From a virus (Duplodnaviria > Caudoviricetes): a DNA stretch of 64,000 nt. This document shows, one piece after another, positions 40,608 to 51,606 of the stretch. The notes beneath the pieces are model-generated. The model was not told where the DNA came from and made no database searches. It saw nothing but the letters and a program-made list of their open reading frames with translations. The position numbers were made by a program, and so were the translations under genes. Within the stretch, counting starts at the first letter, position 1. Every line of letters begins with the position of its first letter. The stretch lies in the IMG/VR virus record IMGVR_UViG_3300020112_001004, positions 48,403-112,402 of that record; one strand, given 5' to 3'.

Positions 40608-41831
40608 TTATTGTCCTAAATATTTGTTCATAAACTCCCAACCAGTTTCATTTTTAGTTGGTTGTTTACCATTAGAATTATCATCTAATGGAGCACAAGA
40701 AAAATGTTTAGAGTTGTTTTTCTTTTCTTTTTTGTTTAATACAATGTTATTATCGAAACAGAATATTTTTATGTTTCTAATTAACTCTTCTAAATCAGTG
40801 TTGTATTTATCTTTGACTAAGTCTTTATACTCTTCATAAGATTCTAATTCTGCGTATTTTTCTAAAGCTTTGTCAACTTCTTCCATATGAGCCTTGTCTT
40901 CGACCTCTTTTTTAAATTGTTTTAAGGATTCATTTTCAGACTCCATTGCAGAAAATTTTTCTTTTAAATCCTCAAAAGAAACTTTTAAATCTTCATTTTC
41001 TTTTATAACTGCATCAAATTTAACTAGTAAATCGTTATATTTATTTTCTAGTTCTGCAAATTTATCCTCTTCTGGTTCTTCATGAGGTTCTTCAACTGGT
41101 TCGTTTTTAGGTTCTTCAGTTGGTTCTTCAACTGGTTCGTTTTTAGGGTCTTCAGTTCCATTTTCTATTCCTTTGTTTTCTTCCACATTGTCACCTCCTT
41201 CTTCGCTAACATTGCAGTAAGCTCTGAAAGCCTCCATTAATTCACTATAATTTTTGTCTTCTGAATATTGATTTGAAGTTCTTATTTTAGCAAGATTAAA
41301 AGCTGGTGTTACGTCTTCTCCAAGAATACATAAAGCTCCAAAATTAAATTCATTCACTTCATAGTAGCCTTCTTCAAAATTATAACTACCATTTTTTACT
41401 GAAACTTCCATTGACTGATTGCACTTATTATCTTTAACTCTATTAACAGCTTCTGCATATCTTTTCCAAAGATAACAATCAGCCACAAGGTAATCCTCCT
41501 CTTCGCCATTATCTGCCATTCTGCCCTCCCAACGAGCAGTGTCTGAAATAACAACCCCAAAAGGAACTGTGTTAACAACTTCCTCGAATTCATCACGAGT
41601 AATTCTATATTCTATTCCGTGGTCACCAAAGTCTCCATCTTTAAATACTCCAATTACTGGTGCGTAGTTAAGAGTGCTTTTAGCTCCCTCAACACCTTTT
41701 TTTACAAACTTAGTACCATTAGCTACTTGGTCACAAGACATAATGTCTACAGTGCATTTTAGAAACTCTTCATTAACTTTTTCTTCTGTAAAGCTTATTT
41801 TTACTGGTATTTTCTTGTTTGAATCTTCCAT
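40608..41831 (-). CDS. Prohead protease/scaffold fusion
   Basis: LWKRY, QSMEV, F.F.ALCILG..V.PAF, followed by acidic coiled-coil scaffold. Confidence 0.8.
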   Translation of the reverse strand: MEDSNKKIPVKISFTEEKVNEEFLKCTVDIMSCDQVANGTKFVKKGVEGAKSTLNYAPVIGVFKDGDFGDHGIEYRITRDEFEEVVNTVPFGVVISDTARWEGRMADNGEEEDYLVADCYLWKRYAEAVNRVKDNKCNQSMEVSVKNGSYNFEEGYYEVNEFNFGALCILGEDVTPAFNLAKIRTSNQYSEDKNYSELMEAFRAYCNVSEEGGDNVEENKGIENGTEDPKNEPVEEPTEEPKNEPVEEPHEEPEEDKFAELENKYNDLLVKFDAVIKENEDLKVSFEDLKEKFSAMESENESLKQFKKEVEDKAHMEEVDKALEKYAELESYEEYKDLVKDKYNTDLEELIRNIKIFCFDNNIVLNKKEKKNNSKHFSCAPLDDNSNGKQPTKNETGWEFMNKYLGQ

Positions 41832-41844
41832 TTTTTCACCCCCT

Positions 41845-42021
41845 TTAAAAATATAGTTTATTAGTTATGTGGTAATTAATATCTAAGTTTTCATAGTTGT
41901 ATTTTTTATTAAACTCGAAAACAAAAATATTTTTACCATCGTGTTTTGCTACACATAAAAGCAAGAAACCTTTATCAAGCAAAACTTGTTTCTCTTCTTC
42001 TTTAAAAACATATAAGAACAT
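41845..42021 (-). CDS. 58-aa hypothetical protein between portal and protease (not in ORF track)
   Basis: MFLYVFKEEEKQVLLDKGFLLL...TNKLYF; fills the gap between the two genes. Confidence 0.65.
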   Translation of the reverse strand: MFLYVFKEEEKQVLLDKGFLLLCVAKHDGKNIFVFEFNKKYNYENLDINYHITNKLYF

Positions 42022-42033
42022 AAATTTCCATCC

Positions 42034-43572
42034 TTACTTACTATCTCTCTTCTTTTGCCCTTCTGTAGATAGCTTACTAGCATCTTTCTCTGGTCTACCC
42101 TCTCCACCTTCTTCATTATCTCCAGATTGGACATTGGCAGAGTTTAAAGGTTTCCATGTTTCTGTTATTTGTAATAATTCATTCTCTAAGAAACTATATC
42201 CTTCTAATTCTACTTGACTTGTTCCAGATAGTTCTGCTAATTTAATCTTACTACCAGCTACCCCGTACTGAGCCTCTTTAAGTAGTGTTTCTCTTTCTTT
42301 TGCTACAGAATAGTTAGTAACCTTCATTAAATCTACTAATACTCTTTTGTCAAATTTTATTTTAAATTTCTTTTTTAACCATCTTTCTAGTTGGTCATAA
42401 ACCTTTAATAATCTATCAGAATCTATCTTGTTAGATATTTCTACTGTTCCAGCCACACTAGCACTTTTACCAAAATTCACACCGGCAATACCAGAGCTAG
42501 AATAAATATTATTTTCTGCTTCTAATATGTCATTTTTCGCCCCAACTGTACTCCCAGCAAATTGCAAATCTTTAACTTCTGTAGCTGTTAGAAAAGCACC
42601 TATTCCAGCAGGTAGGTTGTCTATTAAAGCAGAATAAAAATCGTAAGCAGTGTCTGGAGAAACGGCGAAATCATCAACTTTATTACTGTTGTTTAACATA
42701 GGGATTTTTAAAGCTATTAGTTTATAAGCCTCCATTTCCTTGTTAGCCAAACCTAAATCTTTATATTTTTGTAAATCTACTATATCGTTATATAAGGAAG
42801 CGAAAGGTGGAAATACAAAAGGTAATGTTTCATTCCATTTTATACAAATAGAAGTTTCGTGGTTGATTTGTTGCCATCTATTAGTTAACATATTTTCTCT
42901 ATATTTATTAAATTTTTGCTTAAACTCGTCTGGGTACGATTCTAATACTTTTGCATTAATCATACTATCTTCAATAGTTCCTGCGCTTCTTATAGAGCCT
43001 TTTGCCTCGTCTGATACTCTCACATTCAAGAAATAACTAAAGTCAAAAGCAAAAGCGAAACAGCCATCTACTATACCAACAATCTTACAATAATCTGGGT
43101 CTAATCTTCTTATAAAATAACTATTCTTATCTTCCACCTCTATTCCATAGAACACATCTTCTTTAAGACAATGAGAGATAATTTGAGTAAATTCGTGTTG
43201 AATATTCATTTTTTGTATTAAATTAACCCCTTCGTTATAGTCGCTTTTAACTCTTTTTAAATTGCTATTTGAGTATGCTGACATGTTTGGGACTACTAAG
43301 GCATGAAAGTTACACAATCCTGTAAAATAATTTAATATAGATTCATATTGTGGTGATATTGTTAATAGTTTTGTTGACAACGCTCTTAATAAGCTCTCAA
43401 ATTTAGTTGGATTATCAAGGTATCGAATAACATCTTCTTGAGTGAAACTTTTTCCACACATATGTCTAGTATTTTTTACAATAGCATTATCAGATAGTGT
43501 TTGTTTAAGTTTACGAGTGAATTTTTCATACATAAGTCTTTTTTGTTCTTGTTCAGAATTTTGTTGCTCCAC
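42034..43572 (-). CDS. Portal protein
   Basis: Follows terL; 512 aa; L.PDYCKI.G, FDFSYF, C-terminal GRP. Confidence 0.82.
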   Translation of the reverse strand: MEQQNSEQEQKRLMYEKFTRKLKQTLSDNAIVKNTRHMCGKSFTQEDVIRYLDNPTKFESLLRALSTKLLTISPQYESILNYFTGLCNFHALVVPNMSAYSNSNLKRVKSDYNEGVNLIQKMNIQHEFTQIISHCLKEDVFYGIEVEDKNSYFIRRLDPDYCKIVGIVDGCFAFAFDFSYFLNVRVSDEAKGSIRSAGTIEDSMINAKVLESYPDEFKQKFNKYRENMLTNRWQQINHETSICIKWNETLPFVFPPFASLYNDIVDLQKYKDLGLANKEMEAYKLIALKIPMLNNSNKVDDFAVSPDTAYDFYSALIDNLPAGIGAFLTATEVKDLQFAGSTVGAKNDILEAENNIYSSSGIAGVNFGKSASVAGTVEISNKIDSDRLLKVYDQLERWLKKKFKIKFDKRVLVDLMKVTNYSVAKERETLLKEAQYGVAGSKIKLAELSGTSQVELEGYSFLENELLQITETWKPLNSANVQSGDNEEGGEGRPEKDASKLSTEGQKKRDSK

Positions 43573-43589
43573 GGTTTCACCCCTTTTTC

Positions 43590-46577
43590 TTATATTCTAG
43601 AATTTCTAGTTGGAGCTCTAAATTGTAATAATTTAGATATATCTTTCTTTTTGTCTGGTTTGTTTCTAATTTGTCCTTGGCGTACATTTGCCAAGTAAAA
43701 ACAAAGTAAAGCTAGTACAAAACAACGGTCATCGTGGTACTTACGTTTCTCTGGTGGATATTGGTAAGTATGACCTGTATTTGTTGGATTATCTACCCTT
43801 TGCATCATATAAGCTTCCTCTTTAGCTAAATCAATATTTTTTAATGCTAGTGCTTCTTCAAAAGCAAGGGTATGTTTATGGTAAACGACTTCTCCATCTT
43901 TCTCTTCTGGTATCATGATATAGTCTTTGGTTTCATCAAATTCACTAGTGAACTCAACTAATCCTAAATTTATCATTTCGATTGCTTTATCAAACATTTC
44001 TGTCCTATATTTTCTAGGGTCTACCACCCATAGTTTTTCTGATGCGTTCGGGAATCTATGAAGATATTCCTCACTATATTGAGGGTCTATTATTCCCTTA
44101 TGTTTAATTCCGTTGGCGTCTTCCCAATCTTCCATAAAGTAATCTGGTATAATAGTTCCTCCACCACCTGCTCCAGCATCTACCATAAGAATTTCCAAAT
44201 TTTCATAGTCTGCATAACCTTCACCGTTGTAGTCTAGTATCATTTTTTTAATATATGCTGTTTGCTCTGGTGAACGCATTGGTGTTTTATTCTTCAATCC
44301 TATATCTACTAAAGACACAAAGTTTTGTATTCTTAGTTTTGTGCCTAACACTTCGTCTTCTATTAATTCTGCTACTCCAACAATAGAGTTATCGTTTGTT
44401 CTAGCTGGGTCATATGCCATGATTATTCTTCTTTTCTCGTTGCCCTCATTGATTAACATTGGTGGTCTAATTGCGCTATTACGCATTATTACTGAACGCT
44501 TAAAAGGGTAATCATTACCACCTTCTGTAGTAAACTTGTTATAGTATTCTCGTCTCGCCTTTTCTGGGTTGGCTTTCATTGCATGGTCAACCTTATCTTG
44601 AGTAAGTAATGGCACTGCTAAATTTTTACCATGATTGGTCGCCCCTATAACCATATCACATGATATATCTGCGACAAAATAACTAGGGTTTCCCATTAGC
44701 ATCTCTTTAGCACAGTTCTTATACATACTGAAAAAATGTGTATCGGTCGAAGAGGCTGAAGAACAATACAATATTTGGTTAGGTAACATTTTTGGAATAG
44801 TTCCGTTGTCTATACCTTTACCCATTTTAAAACTGGCATTTTGAGTGCAAAACGCTTCAGTAACAAGGCAATATTCCTCGCTTAAAAACCCAGCCTCGTC
44901 GTAAACGTTTAGTTGAGAACGCTTCAATTTGTTATCTCACTAGCTTTTTATCTAGTGATTCTTATGATTGTATTTCTCATAAGTTCGGCATATCTTTTCA
45001 CCTTTGGCATTATCCATTAAGGGACGGGGACTCGTGGGCGTGTTATATTCTATTAAATAGTTTCAACGCCTATGCTCTGCACGTGTTACTAATATTACTT
45101 AATAACTTCCGTTCTGATTAGCATTTCAGCTTTCCAGATTTTTCCCCGTTTTAATTTAACTATACATTTCTGTATAGAGAGGCAATACGTTCTTCTAAAT
45201 TATATTCTTTATAGTAAAATAATTTTTTTTCATGTTTCCTGTCTAAATAAACTGAAGAATCTTTATAAATATATTCTAAAAACTCATGTGTGTTTTTTAA
45301 TCCACCTATTCTTAGTCTATAATGATTTTTTTCTTGACATATATAAGATTTTATTCCTGCTTCGTACAAGATTTTTCTCAGTTGACCAACAAAATCTATA
45401 CTACCACAAGCAAAGTCAGCTTTTATGACATCTTGTGTGCAATTTTTAGACCTAGTTTTATCATGCGTTAAACATCCATCTCCATCAAAAAATCCTCTTA
45501 TAAAATGTCTCATTAACTCTTTCGGAATGTTTGGTAAATCTATCACTTTAGATTTGTTTGGCATCACCCCTTGGTTTACTAGGTGTTCTACAAACTGCTT
45601 TTTATGAATTTTTAAACAACACGTTTCATAGTCTTTATTTGTTACTTCTAAATGTCTTACTCTTCTTGTAGTATTAAAATTCCCATGTATAGATTTATTA
45701 AATTTTTTAAGATGATTTTCATCAACTGCTGATAGTTCGATGCCTAGAGTTCCACCTTTGCCAACCGAATATTCAACATATCCATCAGCATAAATAAATC
45801 CTAGCCAATAAGCTTTCTCTTCATTGTTTATATTTTCAAAATAATCTAAATCACAGGTATATTTAGTGCTTTTAAGTCCAAGCTTGTTCGCCTTAGTATC
45901 TATTGCACTTTTTGTCCTTCCAATTAATTCCCCTAATTGTTTATTTGTCATTTCACCATAATATTTTTTTAATATATTTATTTCTTCTTCAGTCCATTGT
46001 GTACGCATTAAAAATTTCCTCCTTTTGATTTAATCTAATTAATACGATATTTTTTAAAATAATCTTTACCTCTTAAATTCGTCTCGTCTCCGGAGCAAGT
46101 GGTAACACTACTACCATTAAACAATTTGAACGTAAACCCACTTGGGGCATGAATAAAACCATTCCCGTTTACTGATGGTTGTACCTGTTGAATCATAAAA
46201 TCAGTCAAACCCACCATTGACTCTATTTGCCTTAAAGCCATCTTTTCCATCTTCAAAAATGTATCTTGTGATTGTTGTGCTGTAACAGAAAGAATATAAG
46301 AAGTAAAATTAGGGAACAGTAACATTTTAGTAAATGTAAAAGGTGCGATATAGAACGACTTACCCCCGTTTCTCGACATCGTTATACAACTAAATTGTTT
46401 ATTCCAACTTTCAGCAAAACAATATCTTTGATAATCAAGGAATTCTATCCCTATTACTTCTTCGGCAAAAAGAACTGGGTTCTTTCTTCCCCACTGTATT
46501 AAATTGCCATATTTATCGTAAGCTTCTTTTTTCTTTTGCGATAATTCTAAATCTGTTTTTCTAACATAAAAGTCCAT
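43590..46577 (-). CDS. terL: Terminase large subunit, spliced from 2 exons (614 aa)
   Basis: Exons 46577-46068 and 44924-43590 join as NLRG|KRSQLNVYDEAG; Walker A SRNGGKS, Walker B YDEAG, nuclease YDPAR..D and HDDR. Confidence 0.92.
44925..46067 (-). mobile_element. Group I intron in terL (1143 nt) with LAGLIDADG ORF in P1 loop
   Basis: 5' exon AGAGGU pairs with GCCUCU at 45178-45183; R GCAGAGCAUAG, S AAGAUAUGCC; ends AACAAAUUG. Confidence 0.9.
45160..46008 (-). CDS. LAGLIDADG homing endonuclease (double motif) with N-terminal HTH
   Basis: KAYWLGFIYADG and HFIRGFFDGDG; own RBS aggagg. Confidence 0.9.
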   Translation of the reverse strand: MRTQWTEEEINILKKYYGEMTNKQLGELIGRTKSAIDTKANKLGLKSTKYTCDLDYFENINNEEKAYWLGFIYADGYVEYSVGKGGTLGIELSAVDENHLKKFNKSIHGNFNTTRRVRHLEVTNKDYETCCLKIHKKQFVEHLVNQGVMPNKSKVIDLPNIPKELMRHFIRGFFDGDGCLTHDKTRSKNCTQDVIKADFACGSIDFVGQLRKILYEAGIKSYICQEKNHYRLRIGGLKNTHEFLEYIYKDSSVYLDRKHEKKLFYYKEYNLEERIASLYRNV

Positions 46578-46752
46578 AGATACTAACCATCCCCTTCCTG
46601 TGCATAAATTTATATAAAATTTTTATATACGCAAAAAAATCGTGATATAATCACGATTACTATATGTATTGGGGATTGCTCCCCTCAAAAAAATCAAGAA
46701 TGGTACAGGTACCCTCTTGATAAAAACATAGTGTTTTTGTTCACCTTTACTA

Positions 46753-47715
46753 TTAGCATCCACCAAATTCTACAAACCCAGCTTTAATCTCTTGGTCGTT
46801 TTCATATATTATAAAATACATACCGTTCTCTTTCTTTAAAACTGTAGCCGTTTTATGTGGTGGTAAAGTGTCTATATGTCCTGCTTTATTATTATCTCCA
46901 TAAACTTTTTCTACTGAGCCACCATTTATCCATTTATCTTTATTTATTAAAGATATATTGCTATCACAAGGGATAAAGCCTGTGATACCATTAACTTCAA
47001 CAAGCATCATTTTTAACTCATTGCTAAAGTCTTTTATTTTAATTTTGTCTCCTTTTTTTATGTTACCTAATACACTGCTTCTATCTATAGTAACTAAACT
47101 CATATCAACGTCAGCTATTGCGTTGTAATTTTCCTCAACAACAGGTTTCTCGGCGTTTACTGTGACACTATCAAAATCAACCCCTGTCACTGCTTTGAAT
47201 ATAGCCCTTGCAACAACCTCTTTATTGTATTTTCCCATGTCTGATTTTGAATCAACAAAAGCTATCTCCATTAACACGCAAGAATTGTTTGTTTTTCTTG
47301 GTACATATAAACTGTTTCCAGATACTTTAACCCCTCTGTTTTTATATCCAGTAGCCTTAACCATTTCTGATTGTAATTGTCTGGCAAACTGTTCAGCATT
47401 TCCACCATTTGCATATATCCATTGCTCAGTGCCTTCTCCCCCACCAGCATTAAAGTGTATGCAAAGATGTAGTTTAGCATTATAAGAGTTTGCAAGTGCT
47501 ACTTCTTTTTGTAGTTGAGAGTTTACAGAATAGCTACCATTTGGAGGTGTACAATCTTTTGCGTTATAACCTTTTTCTCTTAGCATTTGTACTATTCTTT
47601 CGCATAAAGCTCTAGCTAAAGTAGTTTCATCTCCATATTGAGAACACGCACCTTTTTGTGGATAATGCCCCGAAGCAATAGTTATAATTTCTCCTTTTTG
47701 TACGTATATGCTCAT
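46753..47715 (-). CDS. N-acetylmuramoyl-L-alanine amidase (Amidase_3), probable endolysin
   Basis: GH, E, CIHFNA, GTE, NRGVK, LMEIAFVD; RBS favours ATG at 47715. Confidence 0.88.
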   Translation of the reverse strand: MSIYVQKGEIITIASGHYPQKGACSQYGDETTLARALCERIVQMLREKGYNAKDCTPPNGSYSVNSQLQKEVALANSYNAKLHLCIHFNAGGGEGTEQWIYANGGNAEQFARQLQSEMVKATGYKNRGVKVSGNSLYVPRKTNNSCVLMEIAFVDSKSDMGKYNKEVVARAIFKAVTGVDFDSVTVNAEKPVVEENYNAIADVDMSLVTIDRSSVLGNIKKGDKIKIKDFSNELKMMLVEVNGITGFIPCDSNISLINKDKWINGGSVEKVYGDNNKAGHIDTLPPHKTATVLKKENGMYFIIYENDQEIKAGFVEFGGC

Positions 47716-47716
47716 C

Positions 47717-49009
47717 TTAATAATCCTCTCCTTCAATTTTTAAATTAATATTGTAATTAACTCTCAATTCTTCTCTTATCTTAGTTATCATGTTTTCTAA
47801 ATCGCTATTAATCTTTTTAGCGATTCTTAATTCTTCTTCTAAAGCCTCTTTATCTCTGTCAGCTTTTACTCTCTCTTCTCTAGCTTGTTTTAACATATCA
47901 ACATATTCTGCTTCTGTAAAACTTAATTGATTCATTATAGCCTGTGCACTCATGTCAGCAACCTGTTGCATACCCCTAGAAGTATTAATATCAAAAGCAT
48001 TTATTTCTACTGCATCATACCCTATAATACTTAATTTACTTAATATACCAGCCAAAGTATTACCACCTTGAGCTTTGTTTTTATTAAATCTTTGGGTTAT
48101 CCCATTATCAGCACATAGTTTTAGAATTGTTTCATTAACTATCTTTTTAATATCAACTAATTTCTTTAATTGCGAAGTGTCAGTTTCTACAGTAGCCATA
48201 TTCTTCATTATTTCAGCTATTGCTGAATCTATATACTTTCTTTGATTCATAGTTTTTATTATAGATATAACACTATCCAACTTCTGAACATCTTCAATTA
48301 AATCACTATCGCCCATAAAATCTATTAGCTGATTGAATAACACTGGTCTGTCACTTCGGTTTTCCCCTTCGAACGGGTCATAACCTAATTGCCTTATAAT
48401 AGACTCTTCATTTTTTATATCCAAATCTGTCCTATGGTCTACAAAATTATCTTCTTTCTTACCCTCCAACTCTGGTCTAGCAACAAAACAGGTGGAGTTC
48501 TCAAAAGTAAATCCTCTGAATTGAGGCAATGTATTTACTTTAGCAATATACCATCCTATTATTTTCTTAATATATACAGCACTCGTTTTATCGAACCCTT
48601 GTTCCCCGATATTTACAACTGCTTGGGTGACCAAATCAGCATAAGCATCGGATTGTCTTATATAAGGTAAATCTAATAATCTACACAGTCTAAAGATAGT
48701 ATTGTATATATCTACATCTTCTTTATATAGTTCATATCCAGCTTCCACGATGCAATCTTTACATATATTCATTCTTTTAGTAAACCTATTTGTTATAGAG
48801 TTACTTTTGTAAAAATGCCTCTCTTCTTTTATAGCCCCACAAAAAGTACATTGAACTTGAATACTCTCTGGCTTTTCCTCTCTACCAATAGTTTTCTTTG
48901 GCTCTTCTGTTTTTTTCTTAGTTGTCTTTTTGGTAGTGGTTGTTTTCTTTTTTGTAGAAGTGGTCTTTTTTGTTGTTCCTTTACTTATTTTCTTTTTTTC
49001 TTCTGCCAT
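47717..49009 (-). CDS. Zn-finger protein upstream of terL (candidate terminase small subunit)
   Basis: CTFC..FY.S..ICKDC; C-terminal coiled coil; synteny. Confidence 0.55.
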   Translation of the reverse strand: MAEEKKKISKGTTKKTTSTKKKTTTTKKTTKKKTEEPKKTIGREEKPESIQVQCTFCGAIKEERHFYKSNSITNRFTKRMNICKDCIVEAGYELYKEDVDIYNTIFRLCRLLDLPYIRQSDAYADLVTQAVVNIGEQGFDKTSAVYIKKIIGWYIAKVNTLPQFRGFTFENSTCFVARPELEGKKEDNFVDHRTDLDIKNEESIIRQLGYDPFEGENRSDRPVLFNQLIDFMGDSDLIEDVQKLDSVISIIKTMNQRKYIDSAIAEIMKNMATVETDTSQLKKLVDIKKIVNETILKLCADNGITQRFNKNKAQGGNTLAGILSKLSIIGYDAVEINAFDINTSRGMQQVADMSAQAIMNQLSFTEAEYVDMLKQAREERVKADRDKEALEEELRIAKKINSDLENMITKIREELRVNYNINLKIEGEDY

Positions 49010-49226
49010 ATCTTCTCCTCCTAAAAATTATTTGACTATAAAAGTCAAAATTTATGTAAACTAAAAAAATAATAAAAACTGACGCTCTGCCAAATGTAAC
49101 AATCTGGGGCAACGTCGGTTATATACATACCTACCTGTCAAGTAAAAACCCGAGGCTCGGTACAATTATCAATTATATAATAAAAAATTCCCCGAGGATA
49201 GGAGTGTGAAATCCCCGAGGCAAGTT

Positions 49227-49817
49227 TTATATGCGGAATAAATTAATTATAAATTCAACATTACTTTCTAAATCTTTTTCTGTTACATTTTTAAGTGTAA
49301 TATCTAATTTATTTTTTGCTATTAACACTTTTCTACTATCATCTATTAATCTTCTACACATTTCCTCAACTTGTTCATCACTAGCTTCTGGCTCCCTTGA
49401 TAAACTTCTTTGTAACCTTATTGAAGAAGGACAATCAATAAATATTCCAACTAGCATATCTTTTTTACCTATAAATTCTAGGTAATTTTTTAACTCTTTA
49501 TATCCGTGATAGTCTAGTATTACTATTTGGTTTAATCTCGTATTTATACTTCTTAAATTAACCCCGTAATACACCAAGCCCTCATCTGATTTATTATAAG
49601 TTCTATGCTCCACATAAAGTCCTTTATTTATATTATCCTCAAACTTATCTTTGGATATAAAATTATACTCTTTTCCCTGTGTTTCCCCTTCTCTTTTCTT
49701 CCTACTTGTATCAGATACTATTTTATGAATAGAGTTATCTTTAGATATAACTTTTTCTAGTAAACTATCTTTACCACTTGCAGAACACCCAACTAAAACA
49801 ACCAATTTATTACTCAT
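49227..49817 (-). CDS. gmk: Guanylate kinase-like protein
   Basis: GCSASGKD P-loop; TSRKKREGE..GKEYNF; YYG. Confidence 0.88.
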   Translation of the reverse strand: MSNKLVVLVGCSASGKDSLLEKVISKDNSIHKIVSDTSRKKREGETQGKEYNFISKDKFEDNINKGLYVEHRTYNKSDEGLVYYGVNLRSINTRLNQIVILDYHGYKELKNYLEFIGKKDMLVGIFIDCPSSIRLQRSLSREPEASDEQVEEMCRRLIDDSRKVLIAKNKLDITLKNVTEKDLESNVEFIINLFRI

Positions 49818-50023
49818 AAATCATACTCCTTGCTTAAATTACTATCTAATCTAATAATTATAGGGTTTGAACAACTTGAACAATATAAAACAATAACGTC
49901 TCCTTCTATTTCTCCATTTTCTAGCAAATCTTTTACGCTATGTCTTTGGTTACACTCTGGACATTTAAAAGTATCTCTGCCATTTAATTCTATTATTTTT
50001 ATTTTTTTATTCACAATTCCCAC
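49814..50023 (-). CDS. Small zinc-ribbon protein
   Basis: CPEC...CSSC; overlaps gmk start. Confidence 0.7.
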   Translation of the reverse strand: MGIVNKKIKIIELNGRDTFKCPECNQRHSVKDLLENGEIEGDVIVLYCSSCSNPIIIRLDSNLSKEYDL

Positions 50024-50076
50024 CCCTTAAAATTATTTTTATATGTACTGGGGCACAAGCCCCTATTAATCTATAA

Positions 50077-50691
50077 TTACATTAAACCTTGTTTCTTTTG
50101 TTGTACTGCACCTAATTTAATCATTCTTTCTTCGTGTGCCTTATTGCTTTGGTCAACAGCTAAACCGACAGCAGAGTTGCTATCTAACCCAGCTTGTTTT
50201 AATATTTTTATTGATTCCACTAATGCGTATGCTCTTGCTTTTGCCTCGTCCACCATTTCTATGCTTTTGTAGTCTTTTGGTGTTTTTGCATTATTTAATT
50301 TTTCCTCGTCAATAGTTGAGCTTTGTTGTGCTCCACTTAATGAACCCATTAAATCTTTTAATGCCTTCTCATCTTCTGGACTTAATTCCTCTTTTGGTTG
50401 TTCTTCTGATTCTTCTCCATGTCCTGTATCAAATATTTCTTCTGCTTCTTCCATGAATTCAATCTCCTCTTCAGTTAGACTGTCATTAACGAAATCGCAG
50501 AATTGCTCAAACACTTCTTCGTCATTTCCTATTTTATATAATATTGCTAATTCTCTTTCGCCGATTAAATTTATTAACACTTCTTCTTGTGTTAATGCAT
50601 AAGTTTCAACTATTCTAATAAATTCAATTAATTCTTTTTCACTTACTACATCGAATAAATTTTTAACATTTTTAATATTTTCATTTTCCAT
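50077..50691 (-). CDS. Acidic hypothetical protein
   Basis: RBS aggag favours ATG at 50691. Confidence 0.72.
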   Translation of the reverse strand: MENENIKNVKNLFDVVSEKELIEFIRIVETYALTQEEVLINLIGERELAILYKIGNDEEVFEQFCDFVNDSLTEEEIEFMEEAEEIFDTGHGEESEEQPKEELSPEDEKALKDLMGSLSGAQQSSTIDEEKLNNAKTPKDYKSIEMVDEAKARAYALVESIKILKQAGLDSNSAVGLAVDQSNKAHEERMIKLGAVQQKKQGLM

Positions 50692-50820
50692 ATACAACAC
50701 ACTCCTAAATTTAACCCCTCTATTGAGTAGGTACATGCCTTTTTGGCTATGTATTGGAAGTCTTTGTCGACTTCCTTTATCTTATATTATATTATTATCA
50801 AGTTATTTTAATTTGTTACC

Positions 50821-51606
50821 TTATTCTCTTCCACCCATTATTTTATACGCCTCTTCTATTCTTTCGTTACAAACGTCAATTAAATCTATTTTTTGTTTTT
50901 TATATAATTGAATATCTTCATTTTTTTCTATTCCTATAAAATTACGTTTTTCCATTATTGCTGAAATTAAAAAACTCCCACTTCCACAAGCATTGTCTAA
51001 AACAACTGCATTTTCATCTGTAAAAGTCCTTATTAAATATCTTCCCAGCTCAACAGGCTTTTGTGTAGAGTGATATACTTTACCCTCTGATTCAGCAGTT
51101 TTAAAATACACAACATCCGTAGGATATCTCATTCCTTCACTTTTAACATGTACAGGATTAAAGTCTCCATAGCTTCCAGTTAATTGGTTTTTTCTAACCC
51201 CTTTATCATAAGGTTCTCCCTCTGTCATTTGGGGATTGTATTGGGGTTGTTTATTATAAAAAACACATATATCTTCATGCTTTCTTAAAGGTTGTTTTTT
51301 GGCATTTAAAAAATTAGTTGCTTTAGATTTTACCCAAACTAATTTATATTTAAACCATTTTTCATTACTTAATATAAGCTTTGCTGTAAATATCCCCTGC
51401 GAAGTAAGTACAATTACTCCATTATCTTTAATTATTCTTTTATATTCCTTCCAAAGCTCGTCAAGGGGTATAACAGAGTCCCATTTATTTTGTGTAGTAC
51501 CATAAGGTAAATCACACAGTATCATATCTATAGATTTATCTTCGAAATTCTTCATAACTTGCAGACAATCTCCTTGAATTACCTTGTTTAAATAATTTTG
51601 TAACAT
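50821..51606 (-). CDS. N4/N6 DNA methyltransferase (beta class, orphan)
   Basis: GDCL, DLPYG, HSTQKP, LDNACGSGS, FIGIE. Confidence 0.92.
   Translation of the reverse strand: MLQNYLNKVIQGDCLQVMKNFEDKSIDMILCDLPYGTTQNKWDSVIPLDELWKEYKRIIKDNGVIVLTSQGIFTAKLILSNEKWFKYKLVWVKSKATNFLNAKKQPLRKHEDICVFYNKQPQYNPQMTEGEPYDKGVRKNQLTGSYGDFNPVHVKSEGMRYPTDVVYFKTAESEGKVYHSTQKPVELGRYLIRTFTDENAVVLDNACGSGSFLISAIMEKRNFIGIEKNEDIQLYKKQKIDLIDVCNERIEEAYKIMGGRE

Noticed and set aside
45160-46008. Intein in terL
   Set aside because: The LAGLIDADG ORF has its own RBS, start and stop and is not fused to TerL; no C/S...HN splice motifs.
29324-46067. Group II introns or a diversity-generating retroelement
   Set aside because: No GUGYG/AY ends, no reverse transcriptase, and no adenine-specific TR/VR pair seen.
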